Source: an uncultured Methanomicrobiaceae archaeon (GTDB lineage Archaea > Halobacteriota > Methanomicrobia > Methanomicrobiales > Methanoculleaceae). Taken from it: a DNA stretch of 64,000 nt. A program made the position numbers and the translations under genes. The notes under the pieces were generated by a model. It ran no database searches, was not told where the DNA came from, and saw only the letters and a program-made list of their open reading frames with translations. Positions 54,774 to 64,000 of the stretch are shown here, piece after piece (the first letter of the stretch is position 1; each line of letters begins with the position of its first letter). Location of the stretch: assembly GCA_963826525.1 (NCBI GenBank), contig CAWGXH010000004.1, positions 480,001 through 544,000 on the forward strand, given 5' to 3'.

Positions 54774-54831
54774 GTGAGTTATTTCTAACACTACGTTAGA
54801 AATGTATAACTCAATGTTATATAATTCTAAC
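54774..54831. promoter_or_regulatory. Three 16-bp GT(T/G)A-N8-TAAC operator-like sites at 21-bp spacing
   Basis: GTGAGTTATTTCTAAC (54774), GTTAGAAATGTATAAC (54795), GTTATATAATTCTAAC (54816). Confidence 0.72.
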
Positions 54832-54883
54832 TCCTCGGTCGGGATAGGGTCAACCAAGCGGACAACGGGAAAATGGGGAGAAT

Positions 54884-55589
54884 TCAGGGTATCGTCCTGA
54901 CGATCTTCTCTTTAGAGAGGAAATTGGCAAGGTAATTCGTCACCGCGAGCAGCACGCCGCCGATGAGAATCGTCCCGCCGACCTGCACCCAGCCGACTGC
55001 AATCCCCGTCTCGAAGACCGCCTGCAGGAAGAAGAGCAGGAAGAAGAGTCCGCCGAAGACAACGAAGTTGATGATCTGGTTCTCACGCAGCCCGAAGAGG
55101 AACTGGACAAAGCCCAGCAGGCCTACCGCCGAGGCCATGAAGAGCGGCACGGCGACCAGGAGGTGGAGAAGCGCCGGGGCTGAGGGGAGGAGAAGCGCCC
55201 CCGCCGGGACGTTCGCCACGCCGATGAGCACGCCGACCCCGACGAGCGTGATCGCATAGGCCGGGACGGTCACGCCGATCACCTTCCCGAGCCAGATCTC
55301 ACGGAGCGAGAGCGGCGTAACGAGGAGGGTCGCGATGATCCCCTCCTGCTTCTCCCGGAGGAAGACCTGCCCGGAGAGGATGTAGGCGATGAAGATACCG
55401 ATGACGAGCCCCAGGTAAAAGACGCCGGTATCGAGAGCGCCTGCCGCCGACTCCCCGCCGAGCACGGCGACGGCAGGCCCGCTCATTCCCCCGAACCAGG
55501 CGGCGAAGAAGAGCGCGACGAGGAGCGAGACTCTTTGTCCCGAGGATCTGCCGCATCTCTTTCCTTGCCACGATAAGGGTTCCGTTCAT
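54884..55589 (-). CDS. ABC-2 type transporter permease; frameshift near 55525
   Basis: IVARKEMRQI; FLREKQEGIIATLLVTPLSLREIWLGK. Confidence 0.88.
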
Positions 55590-56517
55590 ACTGCACCTCC
55601 TTTCTCCTGCACGGTATCGAGGTAGACATCCTCGAGCGACCGGGTCACCCGTCTCGCCTCCACGAGATCCACCCCGGCAAGCACGAGCTCCCGGAGAACC
55701 CGGTGTCCGACCGCTCCGTCGAGCACTACCGTCAGAACGGCGCCGTCGGTGGACGACGACCGGACGCCGTCAAGCGTCGATACCAGGGCAGACGCCCGCT
55801 CCGCCATTGCAGGATCCGCGACCGTGATCTCGTAGACCGGGGCTCTCTCCGGGGCACGCAGGTGATCGACGGAGTCGTATGCCCTGATCCTGCCCGCATC
55901 GAGGATTGCAACCTTCGTGCAGACCCGCTGCACCTCGTCGAGGTTATGCGAGTTTAAAAAGACCGTCCGGTTCTCCTCTCGTGATAACTCAAGGATGAGG
56001 TCGCGGACCAGCCGCTGCGCCTCGGGATCGAGGCCCGACGTCGGTTCGTCCAGGAAGAGCAGGGCAGGTTTGTGAATTATCGCCCTCGCTAAGGCGAGCT
56101 TCCGCATCATTCCGGTGGAGAAGGTTCCGACCGGAACGTCGGCGGAACCAGCAGAGATCGACGTACTCGAGGAGTTCTTCTATGCGTTTCTCAGGGCTCT
56201 GAACCCCGTACAGCTCCCGCATAGTACCGCAGGTTGTCGTGCGCCGAGAGGCGGGCATAAAGACCGTTGTTCTCGAGGAGAACACCGATGCGCCGCCGAA
56301 GAGTATCATCTTTCCCGAGGTCGAACCCGTAGACCCGTGCCGTCCCGGAGGTTGGTTGCAAGAGCCCGAGGAGGATCCTGATGGTCGTGGTCTTGCCGGC
56401 ACCATTCGGGCCGAGGAATCCGAAGACTTCCCCTTCCTCGACCTGGAACGATATCCCGCCGAGCACTGCCTTGCCGTCGAATGTCTTTGTCAGATCCGTA
56501 ACGTCGATAATCGCCAT
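55586..56517 (-). CDS. ABC transporter ATP-binding protein; frameshifts
   Basis: GPNGAGKTT, FSTGMMRKLALA, LDEPTSGLDP, SHNLDEV, SLEDVYL. Confidence 0.9.
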
Positions 56518-56815
56518 GCCTTTCGCTCCCTGCACCGGACCACCGGGACCGCCATACATGATCGGCAGTTCGGCGTCGAGGCACACTACTCCCGGTGCGG
56601 GAGTAGCCGACCCCGGAGGGGGGACGGAACGCTCACCATCCCGCTACCCGTCACGGGGCGTTCACCCCGGATACATCTTTCCAAAGGGGCGATGCCATCC
56701 AATTATTATCGGAACAGAGGGGTCTTAAATTGTTCCCCAAATGCCCGCAAACTTAATTTCCTTTGAGTATATTCAGACACAGGTACTCCACCCGGAGGAC
56801 GGTGATCGGCATAGT

Positions 56816-59075
56816 ATGAACAGGTTACTGATAGTGTCAAACAGACTCCCGATAAAGATCACCAAAAAGAGAGGTGACCTTTCCTTCGAGCGTACCGCAG
56901 GAGGGCTCGCAACCGGTGTCGGATCGTTCTATAAATCATACGATAGCTTGTGGATCGGTTGGCCCGGGGTGAACGTGCGGAGGAATGACCTCGAGGAGAA
57001 GAATAGGATCACCGCAGAACTCGCGAAGGAACAGTGCCACCCGGTCTTCCTCTCGCCCTACGATGTCAGAAACTACTACGACGGTTTCTGTAACAACACC
57101 ATCTGGCCGCTCTTCCACTACTTCAACCACTTTGCCGAGTACGACAAACAGCAGTGGAAGGTCTACAAAAAGGTGAACGAGGCATTCTGCGAGACCGTCG
57201 TCGAGGTTGCGAACCCCGACGACATGATATGGGTACACGACTACCAGCTCATGCTCCTCCCGCAGATGCTCCGTGAACATCTGCCGAACGCAGAGATAGG
57301 GTTCTTCCTCCATATCCCGTTCCCGTCGTACGAGATCTTCCGGCTCCTCCCCTGGAGGAAGGAGATCCTGGAAGGTCTGCTCGGTGCGGACCTCGTCGGG
57401 TTCCATACCTACGACTACATCCGCCACTTCCTCTCCAGCGTGCGCCGAATCCTCGGGTACGAGCACTCACTCGGGGAGGTCGTTACCGGCAACCGGGTCG
57501 TCCGGGCTGATATGTTCCCGATGGGGATCGACTACCAGCAGTTCGCCGGTGCGGTGAGCGAACCTGCCGTGGAGGAGGAGATCGCACGAGCCCGCGGGCA
57601 GTACGGCGACCGGAAGATCATCCTCTCGTTCGACCGGCTGGACTACACGAAGGGCATCCCGCTTCGCCTGGAGGCGTTCGATACGTTCCTCGAGAAGAAA
57701 CCCGAGTACCAGGGGAAGGTCTCGTTCATTCTCGTTGCGGTTCCCTCGCGGACGGCCATCGAGCACTACCAGACGTTAAAGCAGCAGATCGACGAACTGG
57801 TCGGGCGGATCAACGGGAAGTACGGGACGACCGACTGGGTGCCGGTGCGCTACTTCTACAACTACCTCCCGTTCGAAGCCCTCGTCGCGAACTACAAACT
57901 CGCCGACGTCGCCCTCGTCACCCCGATACGCGACGGGATGAACCTCATGGCCAAAGAGTTCGTGGCGACGAAGACCGACGGCCGGGGGGTGCTCATCCTC
58001 TCGGAGATGGCAGGAGCCGCCCCGGAACTCGGCGAGGCGATCATCGTCAACCCAAACGACCGGGAGGCGGTAGTGGAGGCGATCGAGACCGCCCTGACGA
58101 TGCCCGAGGAGGAGCAGACCGAGCGGAACCGGATCATGCAGAAGCGGCTGCAGCGCTACGACGTCACCAACTGGGCCGGCGACTTTATCAACCGACTGGA
58201 CGACGCCCACCTCCTCCAGCAGACGCGTTCCGAGCAGCTCCTGACGGCAACGATGCGGAAGCGGCTGCTCGCCGACTACGGGGCGGGAGAGAGCCGCCTG
58301 ATCCTGCTTGACTACGACGGAACGCTGGTTCCTTTTGCGGCAAAACCCGAAAAAGCAGTTCCCGACAGGGCGGTTCGGGAAGAACTCGCCCGGCTTACTG
58401 CGGTGCCGAACAACGAGGTGGTCATCATCAGCGGCCGTGACCGGCATACCCTCGAATCGTGGTTCGGGGCGACGGACTTGAGCTTCATCGCCGAACACGG
58501 CGTCTGGATCAAGGAGCGAAGCCGCGACTGGACGATGCAGGAGTCGCTCTCGAACGAATGGAAAGAGGAAGTGCTCCCGATCCTCGAGACTCTACGCAGA
58601 CCGGACGCCCGGCGCTTTCGTCGAGGAGAAAGAGTACTCGCTCGTATGGCACTACCGGAAGGCCGACCCGGTTCTCGCATCACTGCGGGCGAAGGAGCTG
58701 AAAGATCATCTCCTCCACCTCACCTCAAACCTCAACATCGCCGTCATGGATGGGAATAAAGTCATCGAGGCCAAGAGCGCCCTGATCAACAAAGGCCGGG
58801 CGGCACTCCACTGGACGAACCGGAAACCCTGGGACTTCATTCTCGCGATCGGGGACGACCGGACGGACGAAGATCTCTTCGAGGCGCTTCCGGAGGACGC
58901 CTATTCCATCAAGGTCGGGCAGTCCGCATCGAGAGCCCGGTTCAACCTCGCGTCGCAACGCGACGTGCTCCCGCTGCTCCGGAGCTGCACCGCATGCGAC
59001 GAGGCACGGACGCGGGAAAAAAAGCGCCCTCAAAAAGAAAAAGAGAAGAAAATTCTGGGGTCTACTCCACTATAG
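56816..59075 (+). CDS. Bifunctional trehalose-6-phosphate synthase/phosphatase; frameshift near 58590, 3' end uncertain
   Basis: [38 protein letters not shown]; HAD domain [15 protein letters not shown]. Confidence 0.94.
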
Positions 59076-60647
59076 CCGAACGGACGGAGAGGAAGACCGG
59101 ACCTCGGACGTCCACCTTTTTATTATTATCCGTGATGTGGCGCATGGCGTACTCCTCGATCCGCAGGTTGATGTCGCTCGGGAGCTTCGCCATCTTCGCC
59201 TGCACTTTCGTGCCCTCCCCGCAGCGTGCAGCCTCTTCGATCCGGACGGCGGCGACGGCGGCGACGGCGGCGAGGTAGGTGATGCCGGTGGAGACCCCCT
59301 CGCTTCTCACCTGCGCCCACTTCTCGACGTCGGGAACGCCGAGCACCGCACCGTTATGCACGAAGACCTCGTTGAAACAGGCAGGCCCGCAGAGCTTCGT
59401 GCCCGACTCAGTCTCCTCGACGAAGACCTCGACCTGCCGGCCGGCAATCTCGCCCTGCCATGCCGAGAACTCACAGGGGCCTGGCTCGGCCGCGTTCGCC
59501 GCCGCAGTCTCCCGGATGGCGGCAGCAAGCCTCTTGCCGAACGCTGTTGCAGGCTCTTCGCGGAGCCTGACCGCTCCTGCGATCTGCCGGTCCGAGAGCG
59601 CCTGCGGGAAGAACTGCGGGTAGGTGAGCTGCCGGACGTCGTTCGACCGGTAGGCGATCATAGCAAGACGCTCGACGCCGAGGCCGAGGTTCATCACTGG
59701 CACGCCGATACCGTACTCAGCAAGGGCGGAGGGCGAGTACATCCCGAAGGTGGCGACCTCCACCCAGTCGAGCACCGGGTGGCGGGCGTAGACCTCGGTC
59801 TGGGAGTCAGGCATGTAGTACTTCGACCGCTTCTCATCCGGTGTGAACTTGAAGTCGGTGAACCCGAACGCGGAGAGGAGCGCTTCCGAGACGGCTTTCC
59901 CCTCCTCGAGCGTCACGTCCTCCCCGGCGACCACGCAGGAGGCGGAGTGGTAGGTCATCAGGCGGGTCGGCCCTTCCTCCTGCTCGCGGCGGAAACACCG
60001 GTCGATCGAGAAGAGGCGGATGGGGAGCTGACGCTTCTCCCAGAGCGAACCGAGCGAGAGGAACCACCCGCTCGTCATGTGGCTCCGGAGCGTGCTCCGC
60101 GAGGACTCCGGCGCAAGCTCGCGGAACTCCGGGAAGACCTCGTCCATGATATGCACGACCGTGGCGTCGTCGGCGGCGAGCACTACCGCGAGCTCGTGCG
60201 TCAGCTCGTCGCCGTCGAATCGTTCCCTTCTTGTAGCCGTGGAGGGTCTCGCGGAGAGAATCCTCGGTCTCCGTGGAGATCGCATGCCCGAGGAGTATCT
60301 CGATCTGGTCGAGCTGCTTTCTCGCTATCCCGACATTCGGGCGCGGCAGCCCGCCGAGGTAAAAGACGCGGTCGAGGACGGCCATCGCCTCAGGCCCAAA
60401 CTGCCGGTAGATATCCGACTCTTCGACGATGAGCGGGTTGATCGCCTCGTCAAATCCCATCGAGAGGTACGTCAACCGCAGCTTCTGTACGATCTCGTAG
60501 ATCGGGTGGGGTTTTGCACGGGTGTACGCAAGACGCGGGTAGCGCCCCGAGACCCCCGGGGGTGTCACGACCTGCGGCCCTTCGTGCCATGCTCGTTCAA
60601 AGTCTTCTTTCGCTCGTTTCCGGTATCTCTTCCACATCAAATCTCAT
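59062..60647 (-). CDS. sepS: O-phosphoseryl-tRNA(Cys) synthetase; frameshifts near 60625 and 60222
   Basis: MRFD start, [61 protein letters not shown]. Confidence 0.95.
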
Positions 60648-61537
60648 GCTATCCGCTCCAGGCAGACGACCCGGCTGATCGGGCTTTCGTCCTTGATCCG
60701 GTAATCACAGTGTTCAGCAACCCGCTCGGCAAACGCCCGCACCTGATCGTGCGCCGGCATCTGATCACGCTTCAGACGGTGTCTACTGTATCCCAAATGC
60801 ATATAACCCTTTACTTCCACGAACGTGGCGCCTGAGTCCTGGATCCGGGCGGCATACCGTTCAGGGGCGAAGTCGTTCATGCCCTGCACCACCGTGACCC
60901 GGATAGCCGACCGCCGGGTGCCGAGGAGCGCGAGGCTCTCGTGAATCTCGTCCCAGAAGTCTTCCTGCGGCCTGCAGAGGCGAAGGTAGGTCTCCCGGTC
61001 GGGCGCATCAAGGGAGACGTAGAGCTGGTAGGGCTGGCATCGCGCCAGTACGTCCGGGCGGGTGCCATTGCTGACGAGAAAGGTCGTATACCCGTCCTCG
61101 TTCAAGCCGTCGATCAGCTCCGGAAGGGGTGCATAGCAGGTCGGTTCGCCCGAGAGGGAGATCGCGACCATCGTCGGCGTCAGCGCTTCATTGAACCGCT
61201 CGCCGGTGACATACTGCGAGACTTTGTAGCCGGAGAGGGCTTTCTTCTGGAGCCTCCGGAGGTTTTCGCGGATCTCAGCGGGCGAACATTCTTCCTCCTC
61301 CGTCACCTCGTGCTCGAACGACCGCCAGCAGAAGAGGCACCGCTGGTTGCACCGGAGCGTCGGGGTCATCTGGACGCAGCGGTGGCTCTCGATGCCGTAG
61401 AACTGCGCTTTATAGCACATCTCCCCGCCCTTGAGGGTACGCTTGTTCCACAGGCACGGCTTTACGGCGGCGGACGAGCGGGGGTTGAAAAACTGGTATC
61501 CCTGCTTGCGCAGGGCATCACATGCTTCGGAGTGCAT
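60644..61537 (-). CDS. taw1: 4-demethylwyosine synthase Taw1/TYW1 (radical SAM)
   Basis: CYKAQFYGIESHRC, CNQRCLFCWR, SLSGEPT, EVKGYM. Confidence 0.94.
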   Translation of the reverse strand: MHSEACDALRKQGYQFFNPRSSAAVKPCLWNKRTLKGGEMCYKAQFYGIESHRCVQMTPTLRCNQRCLFCWRSFEHEVTEEEECSPAEIRENLRRLQKKALSGYKVSQYVTGERFNEALTPTMVAISLSGEPTCYAPLPELIDGLNEDGYTTFLVSNGTRPDVLARCQPYQLYVSLDAPDRETYLRLCRPQEDFWDEIHESLALLGTRRSAIRVTVVQGMNDFAPERYAARIQDSGATFVEVKGYMHLGYSRHRLKRDQMPAHDQVRAFAERVAEHCDYRIKDESPISRVVCLERIA

Positions 61538-63182
61538 CGATTCCAAGAGTTTCAAGGGACTCTTTCAGGGTGTTTCTGACCGCATCGACGAGCGTTAAGC
61601 GGCTGCTTTGGGTGATGCCTTCACTCTTGAGCACCGGGTCGTAGTGGTAGAAGGCATTGAAGAGGTCGGCGAGTTCCCGTGCGTACGCGGCGAGGAGGTG
61701 GGGCCGGAGTTCCGTTACCACCTCTTCGACCACGGCCGGGAACCGGGCGAGGTGCTTGACGAGCGCGATCTCGTGCTCGGTCGAGTACTCGAATGTAGTC
61801 TCGAACTCGCCGGCTTTCTCGAGGATGCTGCAGGCGCGGGCATGGGCGTACTGGATGTAGGGGCCGCTCTGCCGTTCGAAGTCGAGCGCCTCCTTCCAGT
61901 CGAAGACCGTGCTCTTCTCGGGGATGATCTTCACGATATCATACCGGATCGCGGCGATGGCGACCGACCGGGCGATGGCGGCCCGCTCCTCCTCGGGGAG
62001 CTCCGGGCGGCGGGTCGTGACCTCCTCCATCGCCTTCGCCGTCACCTCGTCGAGCAGCTCGTCGGCGGAGATGAACTTGCCCGCCCGGGTGCTCATGGAG
62101 CCTTCCGGCAGCGAGACGAACTCGAAATAGACGATCTCCGGCGCCTTTTCGCCGAGAAGCTGCAGGGTGGCGGAGAGCTGGGCGCCGATCAGTTTGTGGT
62201 CGGCACCGAGGATATCGATGATCCGGTCGTAGTTCCGGCCTTTCCAGGTGTGGTAGGCGAGATCGCGGGTGCTGTAGACCGAGGTGCCGTCGCTCCTGCG
62301 AAGGATGTACTTCTTCTCAAAGCCGAACTCGGAGAGGTCGACCCAGAGCGTCTCATCCTCGTGCGTCTGCGGGAGGCGCTTGATCTTGCCCATGACACGG
62401 TCGACGTCGCCGATCCGGATGAAATCGCTCTCCCAGACGAACCGGTCGTGGCTGCCGTGGAGTTCGGCGAGAGTCTCCCGGATACCCTCCGCACAGAGGC
62501 TGACCGCGGTCCGAAACTTCCGGACCGTCTCCGCATCGCCGCGTTCCACCTTCTGCATGCGTGCGTCGATCTCCTTGACGATCTCCGGGTTCTTCTCTAT
62601 CGCCCGGTTGGCGGCGACGTAGACGCGGGCAACGTAGTGATCAGACTTCTCACCCGCATTCCGTTCGATGCCGAGGCTGTCGAACCCCCACGAGACGATG
62701 GCGATCTGCCGCCCCATATCGTTTAGGTAGTACTGCACTTCGAGTGGGTAGCCCGCCTTCCGGAAGGCACGGGCAAGCGTGTCGCCGATGACGGTGTTCC
62801 GGATATGCCCGACGTGGAGGGGGCCGTTCGGGTTGGCGCTCGTATGCTCGAGCACCACCCGCTCGCAGCGGTGGGGGAGCTTGCCGTAGCCGGACTCGAG
62901 AGCTCTCTGCACTCCTTCGCGCAGGTACGAGTCTCCGAAACGGAAGTTGATGTAGGGGCCTTTCGCCTCGACCACGGTATCCCCGATCTCGGGCAGCGCC
63001 GCGAGCTCGCTCGCGAGCTCCGATGCGATCTGCTGGGGCGCCTTCTTCTGCTTCTTCGCGAGTTTGAACGCCACCGTCGAGGCGAGATCGGCATGATCCC
63101 CGCCCTTCGTCAGCAGAACGTCCTCCTCACCCGTGCATGCCCGCAGCATGCGTGCAACCTGGTGATACTTCTCCTGAAACAT
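61518..63182 (-). CDS. argS: Arginine--tRNA ligase
   Basis: EHTSANPNGPLHVGHIRN, RSDGTSVY, MSTRAG, YIQYAHARACSIL. Confidence 0.97.
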   Translation of the reverse strand: MFQEKYHQVARMLRACTGEEDVLLTKGGDHADLASTVAFKLAKKQKKAPQQIASELASELAALPEIGDTVVEAKGPYINFRFGDSYLREGVQRALESGYGKLPHRCERVVLEHTSANPNGPLHVGHIRNTVIGDTLARAFRKAGYPLEVQYYLNDMGRQIAIVSWGFDSLGIERNAGEKSDHYVARVYVAANRAIEKNPEIVKEIDARMQKVERGDAETVRKFRTAVSLCAEGIRETLAELHGSHDRFVWESDFIRIGDVDRVMGKIKRLPQTHEDETLWVDLSEFGFEKKYILRRSDGTSVYSTRDLAYHTWKGRNYDRIIDILGADHKLIGAQLSATLQLLGEKAPEIVYFEFVSLPEGSMSTRAGKFISADELLDEVTAKAMEEVTTRRPELPEEERAAIARSVAIAAIRYDIVKIIPEKSTVFDWKEALDFERQSGPYIQYAHARACSILEKAGEFETTFEYSTEHEIALVKHLARFPAVVEEVVTELRPHLLAAYARELADLFNAFYHYDPVLKSEGITQSSRLTLVDAVRNTLKESLETLGIDALRSM

Positions 63183-64000
63183 TAGTATCCGGTCCTGTAG
63201 CGTAAAATTGCTGCAATGCCTCCGAATGCGTTGTAAAGCACTGCTCCTTCTTCAAAGTCGTCGGAGATAATCTCCACGTCGGTACTGCTCTGGTCGGCGA
63301 GCGCCGTCAGTTCGTCGACGATATCGCTCTCCTCCTCGATGATGAGCGGGCTCGTATCGTTCGGGCAGACGCCGAGGTCGATATCCTTGAGGGTCTTTCC
63401 CGGTTCGAGACGGATCGTCCGCTCCTCGTGGTGCCCGCAGACCTGGCAGACAATCTTTATCCTCGCCTTCCGGAGTTTGTCGGAGAGGAGGAGCGTAGCC
63501 ACCGCCCCGATCTCGAGGTTCTTTCGGATGCTCTCCTCACCGTAGGTGGCATTTCCATTATCCTTGACGAGCTCCTGGAGGAAGCGGTTCATGAAGGTCT
63601 TCTCCTTGACGACCTCCATCCCTTTCAGAGCGTCCTGGGCGTTGTCCACGAGTTCGTAGAGGCCGTTCTCGTTGGTGTAGGCGACGTCGAAGAGCCCGAT
63701 TATCCGCTTTTGCAACTCGTGGTGGAGATACTCGCCATCCGCGAACTCCTCCTTCGTCGGTGTCGGGCCGCCAATCAGCACACCCTTGAACCGCTCGAAG
63801 AAGTCCTTCTCGGCCATGAATACATCGCTCGCCCGCTCCCCGACCTTTTTGTAGAACTCGTTGATGGCGATCAGCCGGAGCCGCTGGAAACGGGCGGCGG
63901 ACTGACCACCTTTACGCTGTTTCCCGGGAACCGTGGAGGTGACGCCGTTGATAGGCTCTATCCGGTTGCCCCGCAGAAACCCATAGTAGGCTTCACGCCG
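63182..64000 (-). CDS. prf1: Peptide chain release factor aRF1, 5' end outside window
   Basis: VPGKQRKGGQSAARFQRLR, IGGP, AFGGIAAILRY. Confidence 0.96.
   Translation of the reverse strand, partial: RREAYYGFLRGNRIEPINGVTSTVPGKQRKGGQSAARFQRLRLIAINEFYKKVGERASDVFMAEKDFFERFKGVLIGGPTPTKEEFADGEYLHHELQKRIIGLFDVAYTNENGLYELVDNAQDALKGMEVVKEKTFMNRFLQELVKDNGNATYGEESIRKNLEIGAVATLLLSDKLRKARIKIVCQVCGHHEERTIRLEPGKTLKDIDLGVCPNDTSPLIIEEESDIVDELTALADQSSTDVEIISDDFEEGAVLYNAFGGIAAILRYRTGY

Overview
This is archaeal chromosomal DNA from a methanogen, most likely Methanomicrobiales (Methanoculleus-like). It is GC-rich and carries SepRS, Taw1, AglB, a Kae1-Bud32 fusion, a methanogen-type YcaO and archaeal ribosomal/translation genes. 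Bases ~18.5-64 kb are core genome: htpX, thi4, rpl40e, the eIF2g-PIN-rpoE'-spt4-DUF359-S24e-S27ae-kae1/bud32-rdgB block, nikR, ycaO, an HDAC, an N-glycosylation cluster, sufCB, an orphan methyltransferase, yprB/yprA (MrfAB-like), an ABC/DUF2178/XRE module, a fused trehalose synthase, sepS, taw1, argS and aRF1. Bases 1-18.3 kb, downstream of a tRNA-Gly/tRNA-Val pair, form an accessory region of small unrelated genes and gene fragments. The most unusual structure there is a set of direct-repeat units built from a dead MNT nucleotidyltransferase and an IS630 transposase tail. Two of these units end in a perfectly identical 64-bp block, and each unit sits directly upstream of a different cargo gene. 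Other notable items are a triple 21-bp-phased operator upstream of the XRE/DUF2178 operon, a candidate NikR auto-operator, an AT-rich tract between convergent genes, and a 48-aa leaderless ORF upstream of the methyltransferase. Single-base indels break many essential genes, so most frameshifts are probably sequencing/assembly errors. All family calls are from motif recognition by eye, not database searches.
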